20,000 nt of DNA from an uncultured virus (IMG/VR IMGVR_UViG_3300033463_000092) (IMGVR_UViG_3300033463_000092); one strand, 5' to 3'; positions 7,664 to 15,282 are shown, numbered from the stretch's first letter. Notes: generated from the sequence alone by a model not told the origin. Made by a program: numbers and translations.

Positions 7664-7816
7664 ATGAAACGCATTCTCTTTGTCCTCCTGCTCATCGCTG
7701 CCGCTGTCTTCATCCAGACCGCTCCTCACTGCCTCACTTGGTTCGAAGCCATCCGTACTTGGGGTCTCGGTCTCTTGGCCGTGGTCTGCGGCTTCCTCGG
7801 AACGATCGGTGCCTAA
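7664..7816 (+). CDS. 50-aa two-TM membrane protein
   Basis: AAAGGA SD. MKRILFVLLLIAAAVF...GLGLLAVVCGFLGTIGA. Confidence 0.8.
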   Translation: MKRILFVLLLIAAAVFIQTAPHCLTWFEAIRTWGLGLLAVVCGFLGTIGA

Positions 7817-7889
7817 GAAACTCAGTTTACTTTTCCAACTTCTCAGTTATATTTCAATATCAACCACCACCAACGAAAGGAACACCAAA

Positions 7890-8321
7890 ATGAAGAAGCT
7901 CAACATCACCGTTCTCACCACTCTCTCCGTCGACGTCCGCCCCGCCGTCCAGGCCACCGTCAAGTCCGAAGCCGCCATGTGGAACTACCTTCGTCAGGTC
8001 CGGGACAACATCACGGACGAGGACCTCAAGGTCGGCATCCAGGCCATCGTCACCACCGAGGACGGGGCGGAATTCAAGAACATCATCTTCCGCCGCAACT
8101 CCAAGGGCAAGATCGAAATGCCGAACTCGGTCAAGGCCACTTGCCGCCGCCAGGTCGAAAAGGCCCGTAAGGCCGCCAAGGAAGCTGCCGAAAAGGCCGC
8201 CGCCAAGAAGGCCCGGAAGGCCGAGGCCAACCGTCGGTACCGCGAACGGAAGAAGGCTGCTGCCGCTGCCGCGACCGCCGCGGCGGTCGCTGCTGAAGAG
8301 GCTGTTCCGACCGAAGCCTAA
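7890..8321 (+). CDS. Basic protein with a Lys/Ala-rich helical tail (143 aa), paralog of 11943-12371, putative nucleic-acid binder
   Basis: Promoter 7825 and SD. KARKAAKEAAEKAAAKKARKAEANRRYRERKK. Confidence 0.9.
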   Translation: MKKLNITVLTTLSVDVRPAVQATVKSEAAMWNYLRQVRDNITDEDLKVGIQAIVTTEDGAEFKNIIFRRNSKGKIEMPNSVKATCRRQVEKARKAAKEAAEKAAAKKARKAEANRRYRERKKAAAAAATAAAVAAEEAVPTEA

Positions 8322-8337
8322 TACCTCCCCGCCTCCC

Positions 8338-8368
8338 AGAGGACCGACTCACCGTCGGTCCTCTTTTT
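8338..8368 (+). terminator. Intrinsic terminator
   Basis: AGAGGACCGAC-tcacc-GTCGGTCCTCT-TTTT. Confidence 0.85.
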
Positions 8369-8392
8369 GACATAATAGTGAACTTGCACTCT

Positions 8393-8464
8393 ATGGGAGA
8401 AACTTAGAAACTTCTCTTGCATCTTCATTGTAAGCTACTTAGATTACATGGGAGAAACTTAGAA
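8393..8464. repeat. 17-nt direct repeat ATGGGAGAAACTTAGAA (2 copies, 55-nt period)
   Basis: Copies at 8393-8409 and 8448-8464 in an AT-rich intergenic gap before promoter 8484. Confidence 0.8.
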
Positions 8465-8551
8465 TTTTTTCTTATGAATCTCAGTTTACTTCTTAGTCCT
8501 ATCTGTTATATTTCAATATCAACAACAACCACCAACGAAAGGAACCCCATC

Positions 8552-8842
8552 ATGGCTTACTCCATCCTCGAGACTCGGAACACCACCACCACCGTCATCG
8601 GCCCTTTCAAAACCCCCGAAATGGCCGTGAAATTCATCAAGAAGTTGGCGGACGATATCAAGGCGGAACACCACCACGATCCCCGCTCCTATGTTCCTGA
8701 AGCCATCATCTCCGAGCTCGAATACTGCGACTACGGCCCGGAACAGTATCGCCTCGACATGAGTGTTGTGGATCGGTTCATGCATGTGAATTCCACCTTC
8801 CGCTGGGAAGTGAAATACCTCCTGAATCCGAAGAAAATCTAA
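8552..8842 (+). CDS. Hypothetical protein (96 aa), paralog of 1966-2223
   Basis: Promoter 8484 and SD. Starts MAYSILETRN. Confidence 0.85.
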   Translation: MAYSILETRNTTTTVIGPFKTPEMAVKFIKKLADDIKAEHHHDPRSYVPEAIISELEYCDYGPEQYRLDMSVVDRFMHVNSTFRWEVKYLLNPKKI

Positions 8843-8906
8843 ATCTCGGTTTACTTTCTCGGTCCTTTGGTTATATTTTAATATCACCAACAGAAAGGTC
8901 AACACA

Positions 8907-9113
8907 ATGCACACTTATCACATCGTCTTCAGCCTCAACAACGATCCCACTCACTATTGGTATGACATCCCCGCCGCCGACCAGAAGGATGCCATCAGGG
9001 CCTGGAACGAGATCCGTCGTGTCATTCCGGGTAAGACCACTCGGCTTTATGTGGCTCGCCATAACCCCAAGGATCTTCATTGGAATGACGGTCTGACCGA
9101 ATATCAGATCTAA
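8907..9113 (+). CDS. Small protein, YRF.F...DILA family (68 aa)
   Basis: Promoter 8849. MHTYHIVFSL...YWYDIPAADQKDAIRAW. Confidence 0.85.
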   Translation: MHTYHIVFSLNNDPTHYWYDIPAADQKDAIRAWNEIRRVIPGKTTRLYVARHNPKDLHWNDGLTEYQI

Positions 9114-9208
9114 GCTCCTTCCGACGGCGGGAATCCCAGTTTACTTTCTGGGATTCCCTGTTATACTATAATACAAATACAATCAATCCAACCGAAAGGA
9201 CCGCACCC

Positions 9209-9976
9209 ATGAAGCTCTTCATCCACTCTGTCGCTTCCTACTCCCCTCGCTGCAATCAGGTCATCCTCTCCTTCGCGGACGACGTACCGGCCCTTCCCAA
9301 GGAGGTTTACTCCTTCTCTCTCTTCATGCCCAAATCGGTCCAGCTGACCGCAGGTCAAGTCAACGAAGTTCCCTCCTGGATCGCCAAGAACATCTGGCAT
9401 TCCCAGTCCACTGCCTACATCCTCAAGGACCTCTTCAAGCAGGGAAAGGCCACGGTCCATAAGAGAGCCGAGAAGATCGAGATCGTCATCGCGATCGAGG
9501 AAGCCTTCAAGGCGGCGGAAGCCCTGAATGTGGAGGAGCCCATCGTCGAGAGCGGCGAATTCATCGGAAAGCCCGGTGACACCATCATCACCACCTTCAA
9601 GGTGGACAAGCTTCTCAAGAGCTGGGAGAACTACTACGAAGGAGTCTGGCGGCACAACGGACATGGGTGGGAGCATCCGACCGCTGCGGTCTGTCTGTGG
9701 CAGCTCTCTGACGAGGAAGGCCATACCTTCATCCTCCGCTGCACCAACGACGGCATCAACTCCGACATCGCTGAGGCGAAGTCCGCCGGAAAGTCCTTCC
9801 AGATGGAGGCGAAGATCGTCGGCCATCAGACCTTCCGTGGTCTCAAACAGACCAACATCAAGGTGAAGAAGCAGAAGATCGTGATGATCGGCAGCGACGG
9901 CCAGCCTACCCTGGAGGAACCGAAGGTGGAAGCACCGGTGGAAGAGCAGGAATACACCGATGAAGTCCCGTTCTGA
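9209..9976 (+). CDS. Putative OB-fold-containing protein with an SSB-like acidic C-terminal tip (255 aa)
   Basis: Promoter 9139 and SD. FIGKPGD...DEEGHTF...AKIVGHQTFRGLKQT pattern resembles a common phage OB-like domain. Ends EEQEYTDEVPF. The ORF is certain and the function is inferred. Confidence 0.75.
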   Translation: MKLFIHSVASYSPRCNQVILSFADDVPALPKEVYSFSLFMPKSVQLTAGQVNEVPSWIAKNIWHSQSTAYILKDLFKQGKATVHKRAEKIEIVIAIEEAFKAAEALNVEEPIVESGEFIGKPGDTIITTFKVDKLLKSWENYYEGVWRHNGHGWEHPTAAVCLWQLSDEEGHTFILRCTNDGINSDIAEAKSAGKSFQMEAKIVGHQTFRGLKQTNIKVKKQKIVMIGSDGQPTLEEPKVEAPVEEQEYTDEVPF

Positions 9977-10046
9977 GGTTTACTTTCTGGGATTCTCGGT
10001 TATATTTCAATATCAACAACAACCACCAACGAAAGGACCACCCACC

Positions 10047-10472
10047 ATGATCACCCTCGTCACCACCGCTCTCCCCGCTCCCTTCACCACCGAGACCGAT
10101 CTCCAGGTCAAATCCATCTCCGCCGCCTGGAATGCCATCCGGGCGCTCCGGGACGGAGCCGACCCTGCCGTTCTCAACGGAGTCACCCTCAAGGTTCTCT
10201 TGGACGAGCCCTCCGACCGCATCCCCGCCACCATCCGCTTCACCCTGAACTCCAAGGGAAAAATCGAATTCAAGGATGCCGCCAAGGTGTCCGCTCCCAA
10301 GGCTCCCAAGAAGGCCCAGAAGGCCGCCGCCACCGTCGTCGAGGAGGACGAAGACGACAGCTGGGACGACGAGCGGGGTCTCCGTCAGATGGAGGAAATG
10401 GCCGCCTACATCCACTCCGGGGCGGGCTTGGACAACTACTTCGCCGACCGAGATGCGGGGTTCGTGGAATAA
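10047..10472 (+). CDS. Chimeric protein: N-domain of the 7890/11943 family plus C-terminal MEEMAAYIHSGAG module (141 aa)
   Basis: Promoter 9978 and SD. VKS..AAWN..R.LRD and F..NSKGKIE motifs. Tail shared with 15364. Confidence 0.88.
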   Translation: MITLVTTALPAPFTTETDLQVKSISAAWNAIRALRDGADPAVLNGVTLKVLLDEPSDRIPATIRFTLNSKGKIEFKDAAKVSAPKAPKKAQKAAATVVEEDEDDSWDDERGLRQMEEMAAYIHSGAGLDNYFADRDAGFVE

Positions 10473-10486
10473 GTTTCCACACACCG

Positions 10487-10512
10487 AGGGGAGTCCGCGG
10501 CCTCCCCTTTTT
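10487..10512 (+). terminator. Intrinsic terminator
   Basis: AGGGGAG-loop-CTCCCCT-TTTT. Confidence 0.75.
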
Positions 10513-10678
10513 CTTCACATTAGAATGCATCCTCTGGATAGCTTCCTTTCCTGTCATATATTCCTTCGCCCTGTAGATCGGACAGCATCCTGGCTTTCTA
10601 GCAGCAGAGGTCATTTCCCAGTTTACGAACCTCTCATGCCTGTTATATTATAATACAATCAAACGAAAGGAACCCACA

Positions 10679-10855
10679 ATGCACACCTACCTCATCCCCT
10701 ACGTCGCCAAGAATGCCCGCACCAACAAGAAGGTGGAAGCCGTCTTTCGGATCCAGACCGTCAGCAAGGAAGCAGCGATGGATGCCTTCTCCGACTTCTA
10801 CTTCCAGCACCCCACCCTCGTCCAGGGAATGATCAAGCAGATCATCGAGGCCTGA
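10679..10855 (+). CDS. 58-aa protein, beta-beta-alpha-beta superfamily
   Basis: Promoter 10621 and SD. MHTYLIPY...FRIQTVSKEAAMDAF. Confidence 0.8.
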   Translation: MHTYLIPYVAKNARTNKKVEAVFRIQTVSKEAAMDAFSDFYFQHPTLVQGMIKQIIEA

Positions 10856-10868
10856 AGGAGAGGAAAAG

Positions 10869-11129
10869 ATGCCAACTTTCTTGATCATAGTCGTCTCCGT
10901 CTTCTTTCTCATCCTGTTCGCAAGCTTAAGAAGATGCTTTACCACATATAAGAACGTTTATGAAGATAAGACGAAGAGTGCTGTCCAACAACGGGCATCT
11001 TATCACGGACCTCACCCCAAAGAAAAACCCTATTTGAGTGGAGACATTGTGGAGTTCAAGCTGACCGTAAGGTCTGATCTTCAGATGAAAAGAATGACCG
11101 AGCTTGAAAAGAAGTTCTATTCTTTCTAA
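10869..11129 (+). CDS. N-terminally membrane-anchored protein (86 aa)
   Basis: AAGGAGAGG SD. Hydrophobic N-terminus. Confidence 0.75.
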   Translation: MPTFLIIVVSVFFLILFASLRRCFTTYKNVYEDKTKSAVQQRASYHGPHPKEKPYLSGDIVEFKLTVRSDLQMKRMTELEKKFYSF

Positions 11130-11168
11130 GACGATCGGATCGAAAGATAACTTCAAAGGAGAGAGAAG

Positions 11169-11468
11169 ATGAAGCAGAAAGCAATTACCGGCCTCTCTAC
11201 AGGCATAGTAGAACAGACCAATCCCAAAGCACTGTATGAGCTGATGGATCGGTGCACCACCGAAGCGAAGCACGTCCTCGCCCTTGCAGAAGGCTACAAA
11301 AGGACAATCCGTGCAGGAGAAGATACCTATTCCTGGGATGGGAGCCTGCACTTCTGGAAGATCGAAAGAGACAACGGGTTCTCGAACTACATACCTCTCG
11401 GGGTGGCAGAAGAGTCCCTTTCTCACCACCTCTTCAAAGGCGAAGACTGGTCCTGGAACCTCTGCTGA
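11169..11468 (+). CDS. Hypothetical protein (99 aa)
   Basis: AAAGGAG SD. Ends 5 nt before promoter 11474. Confidence 0.8.
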   Translation: MKQKAITGLSTGIVEQTNPKALYELMDRCTTEAKHVLALAEGYKRTIRAGEDTYSWDGSLHFWKIERDNGFSNYIPLGVAEESLSHHLFKGEDWSWNLC

Positions 11469-11535
11469 GATCGGTTTACTTTCTTAGACTCTCTGTTATA
11501 TTATAATATAACCAAACAAGAAAGGAACTCTTACA

Positions 11536-11868
11536 ATGGCCACTCAATACCGTGTCTTCCGCAATGTCGCCGTCCGTGCCAAGGACACCAAGGAACTTCT
11601 CCGCACCGAAACCGCTCTCTACGGTCTCTACGAGGACTGGGAGGAAGCCAGGAAGTTGGTCAAGGTCATCTCCAGGTCAAGGGAGCAAGTCCTCAAGGGT
11701 CAAGGTCTGGAAGTCAGGGTCCAATATCTCTTCCTCTTCGGCAGGGTCACTCTTCACTTCAACACTCTCTGGACCGAAGTCACCGTGACCTTCCAAGCCG
11801 TGAAGGAAGATCAGTTGGAAGATGCCATCAACAAGGCCAACGGGATCTGCTCCGAAAAGGAAGCCTAA
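11536..11868 (+). CDS. Hypothetical protein (110 aa)
   Basis: Promoter 11474 and SD. YGLYEDWEEA motif. Confidence 0.85.
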   Translation: MATQYRVFRNVAVRAKDTKELLRTETALYGLYEDWEEARKLVKVISRSREQVLKGQGLEVRVQYLFLFGRVTLHFNTLWTEVTVTFQAVKEDQLEDAINKANGICSEKEA

Positions 11869-11942
11869 AACTCAGTTTACAAGCTCAAGTTCTCTGTTAT
11901 AATATAATATCAACAACAACCACCAACGAAAGGAACACCAAA

Positions 11943-12371
11943 ATGAAGAAGCTCACCATCAAGTTCGAAAACATCAGCCGTCCGTATTCGCCGATGACGA
12001 TCTCCACCGTCAAGTCGGAAGCCGCCATGTGGAATCTCCTCCGCGAGGTCCGAGACAGCCTCACCGATGCCGACCTCGCCAACGCTCCGAAGGCTTTGGT
12101 TACCGACGAGGAAGGCAACCTCTTCAAGGACATCACCTTCAAGCGGAATGCCAAGGGCAAGATCGAGATGCCCAATGCCGTGAAGGCCACTTGCCGCAGG
12201 GCGGTGGAGAAAGCCCGTAAGGCCGCCAAGGAAGCCGCGGAGAAAGCCTCCGCCAAGAAGGCTCGGAAGGCCGAGGCCAACCGTCGGTACCGCGAACGGA
12301 AGAAGGCCGCCGCCGCTGCCGCCGCGGCCTGCAAGGAAGCAGCGGTCGAGGAAGCCACCCAGCAGAACTAA
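11943..12371 (+). CDS. Basic Lys/Ala-rich protein (142 aa), paralog of 7890-8321
   Basis: Promoter 11875 and SD. C-terminal half is near-identical to the paralog. Confidence 0.9.
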   Translation: MKKLTIKFENISRPYSPMTISTVKSEAAMWNLLREVRDSLTDADLANAPKALVTDEEGNLFKDITFKRNAKGKIEMPNAVKATCRRAVEKARKAAKEAAEKASAKKARKAEANRRYRERKKAAAAAAAACKEAAVEEATQQN

Positions 12372-12380
12372 CCTCCCCAC

Positions 12381-12418
12381 AACCGAGAACCGATGATCCC
12401 CGTCGGTTCTCGGTTTAC
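12381..12418 (+). terminator. Long hairpin whose 3' arm runs into promoter 12413
   Basis: AACCGAGAACCGA-loop-TCGGTTCTCGGTT(TAC). Confidence 0.7.
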
Positions 12419-12481
12419 TTTCAGCCATTCCCTGTTATATTGTAATATCCACCACCAATCAAACTGAAAGGACCGCCTACC

Positions 12482-12736
12482 ATGATGAAGAAGACTGCCA
12501 TCCTCAATTTCGTCGAATCCATGCCCAACCGCACCGCCACCCGTCGTGACATCGTGTCCTTCGTGCTCGGCATGAAAGGCATCACTTACGACCCGATCCG
12601 TCACCGCGGCTATTACAGTTGTGCCTTCTGTCCCACGGGTGATCCTCAGCACATCGGTCACCTCATTCGTCCTTCCAAGAAGGATCCTCGCTACCTCAAG
12701 CGGATCGGACACGGCATCTACACCGTGGCAGAGTAA
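12482..12736 (+). CDS. Putative winged-helix-like protein, paralog of 1366-1614
   Basis: Promoter 12413 and SD. Shared motifs as listed for 1366. Confidence 0.88.
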   Translation: MMKKTAILNFVESMPNRTATRRDIVSFVLGMKGITYDPIRHRGYYSCAFCPTGDPQHIGHLIRPSKKDPRYLKRIGHGIYTVAE

Positions 12737-12756
12737 CCTTTACCTCCACAGCCTCC

Positions 12757-12786
12757 AGGACCGATTTTTCACAGATCGGTCCTTTT
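12757..12786 (+). terminator. Intrinsic terminator abutting promoter 12791, same stem as 3723
   Basis: AGGACCGAT...ATCGGTCCTTTT then CTTGGTTTAC. Confidence 0.8.
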
Positions 12787-12849
12787 CTTGGTTTACTTTC
12801 TCGGACTTTCGGTTATATTTCAATACAACCAAAGGAAAGGAACCTCAAA

Positions 12850-12996
12850 ATGGCTAAGAAGCTCTCCATCAACCTCGACCAGATCGCCCTCGAAGCTCGC
12901 CGCTCCTGGGGCAGCTGCAAGCCCTGTACTCGGATCCACCGCTCCAAGAAGGACTACAACCGCAAGGACCGCTCTTGGCGGAATGACATCGACTGA
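12850..12996 (+). CDS. Small basic protein (48 aa), paralog of 2492-2632
   Basis: MAKKLSINLDQIALEARRSWGSCKPCTRIHRSKKDYNRKDRSWRNDID. Promoter 12791 and SD. Confidence 0.85.
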   Translation: MAKKLSINLDQIALEARRSWGSCKPCTRIHRSKKDYNRKDRSWRNDID

Positions 12997-13086
12997 CCCA
13001 GAGTCAAGTTTGGCAAGCAAGACTTGGTTTACTTTCTGAGACTTTCTGTTATATTTTAATACAACCAAACGAAAGGACCACCCACC

Positions 13087-13251
13087 ATGCTGAACTACCG
13101 CATCGCCTACCGCCTCACCACCGACCCCGTTCTCATCTCCGACCGCTTCATGGAGGTCACCGCTCCTTCCGCTTCCGAGGCCATGGCCGCGGCCGCCGAT
13201 CCTTCCCGTCTGCTCCTGGACTGCTGGGTCATCCGTCCCTCCGCCGACTGA
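13087..13251 (+). CDS. 54-aa protein, V.A.S..EA superfamily
   Basis: Promoter 13027 and SD. MLNYRIAY...MEVTAPSASEAMAAA. Confidence 0.8.
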   Translation: MLNYRIAYRLTTDPVLISDRFMEVTAPSASEAMAAAADPSRLLLDCWVIRPSAD

Positions 13252-13318
13252 GCGGAGGTTTTTCGGTTTACGAATCCTCAGTTTCTGTTATACTATAATA
13301 TAAGCTGCCGACGTAATC

Positions 13319-13401
13319 GCTAGTGTAGCTCAGCGGCAGAGCTGCCGAAAAGGCTAAACCCAGTTGGGTGAAGGTCGGAGGTTCGAGTCCTCTCACTAGC
13401 T
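13319..13401 (+). ncRNA. tRNA-like RNA lacking a canonical anticodon arm
   Basis: Acceptor GCTAGTG/CACTAGC, D arm GCTC-AGCGGCA-GAGC, T arm GGAGG-TTCGAGT-CCTCT. Middle is GCC-GAAAA-GGC plus ACCC-AGTT-GGGT. No CCA. Own promoter at 13266. Confidence 0.85.
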
Positions 13402-13441
13402 GGTCGGCGCCATTTACCACCCAATCGAAAGGGAACTCCTC

Positions 13442-13612
13442 ATGAAGATGAAGTTTGCTGTTTGTTTCAAGCCCATGACGAAGCCTGTTGAGGTCCTTGG
13501 TCGCTTCGATTCCCTGGAGGCAGCGGAACGACTTCTCCACTGGGAACAGACCAGTGCCCTCCTTGACCGTTCTTGGTATCGGTTCTACCACTTATACATC
13601 CAAGCTCTGTGA
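13442..13612 (+). CDS. 56-aa protein MKMKFAVCFKP...EVLGRF, tandem paralog of 13682
   Basis: AAAGGGA SD after the tRNA-like RNA. Stop abuts promoter 13613. Confidence 0.82.
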   Translation: MKMKFAVCFKPMTKPVEVLGRFDSLEAAERLLHWEQTSALLDRSWYRFYHLYIQAL

Positions 13613-13681
13613 GTTTACTTCTCAGACATCCCTGTTATAATATAATATCAACCACCACCCCAACCGAAAGGACCAAACACA

Positions 13682-13855
13682 ATGAAGTTCGCCGTCTGTT
13701 TCAAGCCCGTCATGCCCATGGACCCCATCGAGGTTCTCGGGCGCTTCGCCACCCGCAAGGAGGCAGAGGAATGCCTCAGCCAGGCGAAAGCCGCCGCCTG
13801 GGGCCACTGGTACAGGTACAACAGCCTGTACATCTACGAGTACGCCGCTCGGTAA
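13682..13855 (+). CDS. 57-aa protein MKFAVCFKP...EVLGRF...WYR...LYI
   Basis: Promoter 13613 and SD. Aligns with the upstream gene. Confidence 0.85.
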   Translation: MKFAVCFKPVMPMDPIEVLGRFATRKEAEECLSQAKAAAWGHWYRYNSLYIYEYAAR

Positions 13856-13860
13856 GCTTG

Positions 13861-13889
13861 AAGGCGGCCTTTGGAGGACCGCCTTTTTT
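13861..13889 (+). terminator. Intrinsic terminator
   Basis: AAGGCGG-loop-CCGCCTT-TTTT. Confidence 0.75.
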
Positions 13890-13974
13890 ATGCCTAGAAA
13901 CTTGGTTTACTTCTTAGACAATCCTGTTATATTTCAATATCAACAACAACCACCCAACCGAAAGGACTCTCGCC

Positions 13975-14175
13975 ATGATCTTCAAAGTCACTTACACGGT
14001 CGCCACTCCCAAAGCCACCCTCACCAAGACCATGCCGATCTCCGCGGACAGCTCCGACGAAGCAGGGCAGACCGTCCGCACCCTTATGGAAGCCACCTAT
14101 TGGAAGTGCCTCCACACCCAGGCCAAGGTCACCATCCTCTCCACGGTCCACTCTCATCTGATGGCTTTGGCCTAA
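13975..14175 (+). CDS. Small protein, PISA.S.EEA subfamily (66 aa)
   Basis: Promoter 13905 and SD. Paralog of 14254 and 14502. Confidence 0.88.
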   Translation: MIFKVTYTVATPKATLTKTMPISADSSDEAGQTVRTLMEATYWKCLHTQAKVTILSTVHSHLMALA

Positions 14176-14253
14176 ATCTCGGTTTACTTTCTGGGATTCT
14201 CGGTTATATTCCAATATCAACACCAACCACTCCAACCGAAAGGACCACCCACC

Positions 14254-14454
14254 ATGCTCTACCGTGTCACCCTCTGCATCGCCACCGCTTCCACCAACCG
14301 CGTCGAAGACCTCCCAATCTCGGCGGTCTCCCGGGAAGAGGCGGCCTCTTCCGCCAAGTCCTTCATGGAGTCCAAGTACTGGAACTCCTACCGCACCGAG
14401 GCGAAGGTGGAGGTCATCGCCATCGAACCTTCGCACCCCTCGGAATGGAGGTAA
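14254..14454 (+). CDS. Small protein, PISA.S.EEA subfamily (66 aa)
   Basis: Promoter 14182 and SD. PISAVSREEA...ME..YW....T.AKV shared with 13975. Confidence 0.88.
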   Translation: MLYRVTLCIATASTNRVEDLPISAVSREEAASSAKSFMESKYWNSYRTEAKVEVIAIEPSHPSEWR

Positions 14455-14501
14455 CCGCCTCCCTTTTCCACCTCAACCTCAACCCAGAAGGACCAGTCAC
14501 C

Positions 14502-14705
14502 ATGATGTACGACGTCACCATCTCTGTCACCACTCCTCACACCATGACCATCCGCACCGTTTCGATCCCCGCTGCCACCGAGGAGGAAGCCGGTGCAATG
14601 GCCTCTCTCTACATGGAGACCGCAATCTGTACTGAGAGCCCCACTCCAGTGGAGACCTCTATCATCTCGGTAGTCCCCAAACCTTCCATGCCTTTCAAGC
14701 ACTAG
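14502..14705 (+). CDS. Small protein, same subfamily (67 aa, MMYDVTISV...IPAATEEEA)
   Basis: AAGGA SD with a C/A-rich leader and no own -35. Confidence 0.82.
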   Translation: MMYDVTISVTTPHTMTIRTVSIPAATEEEAGAMASLYMETAICTESPTPVETSIISVVPKPSMPFKH

Positions 14706-14796
14706 AATGCACTGGAAGAAGGGTCGTGATCTTGGTTTACGATCCTTCTTTTCTTGTTATATTGTAAATATCCATCTAATCGAAAGGAACTCCGCT

Positions 14797-15015
14797 ATGA
14801 TGTACACCGTCACTCTTTCCGTCTCCTCGTCCGCCACCGGCACCTTCAAGTTCGCTGCTCACTCCGATGCCTGGGACGAGGAGGATGCCTGCCGAGATGC
14901 CGAAGTGAGGGTGAAGGACTACTTCCAGGAGCTCTATCCCACTTCCTCGGTGGAGGTCAGAGCCATTTCTGTCAGGAGAGGCTACTACTTCCCCGACGGT
15001 AAACCTCATCTCTGA
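14797..15015 (+). CDS. Small protein, same superfamily (72 aa, MMYTVTLSV...DAWDEEDA)
   Basis: Promoter 14735 and SD. Confidence 0.85.
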   Translation: MMYTVTLSVSSSATGTFKFAAHSDAWDEEDACRDAEVRVKDYFQELYPTSSVEVRAISVRRGYYFPDGKPHL

Positions 15016-15084
15016 GGTTTACGATCTTCCTTCTCTTGTTATATTTCAATACAGCTAATTCTAAACAGAAAGGACTTAAGTCAC

Positions 15085-15282
15085 ATGAAGCTCTATGATG
15101 TCACTTTCACTTACTCCGTCTTCGGTGCAAAGGAACATACCCGCACTCTTCAGGTCGCTGCCAGATGTGCAGCAGAAGCCCGTGACTGCTCCGACGGTCA
15201 GATCGCCGCCTACATCCTCAACCTCACTGGCACCTCTCCGGCCTTCTCGATCAAGTCCGTGGTTCCTTCCCAGGATATGTGA
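15085..15282 (+). CDS. Small protein, same superfamily (65 aa, LYDVTFTY...VAARCAAEA)
   Basis: Promoter 15017 and SD. Confidence 0.85.
   Translation: MKLYDVTFTYSVFGAKEHTRTLQVAARCAAEARDCSDGQIAAYILNLTGTSPAFSIKSVVPSQDM

Noticed and set aside
9161..12428. Long antisense ORFs (9161-9826, 9906-10484, 11897-12358, 11910-12428)
   Set aside because: They are shadows of C-ending codon bias on the coding strand and have no SD or promoter.
13319..13401. Ordinary tRNA (e.g. Leu/Ser with a long variable arm, or Phe)
   Set aside because: No 5-bp stem with a 7-nt U33 anticodon loop can be formed, so it is reported as a tRNA-like ncRNA.
13890..14705. 271-aa ORF, and similar long track ORFs (7680, 9960, 15095, 6970-7428, 216, 3284)
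   Set aside because: They run through promoters and leaders (VYF/LLS..VIL/CYI translations). The real genes start at the ATG after AAAGGA or lie in another frame.
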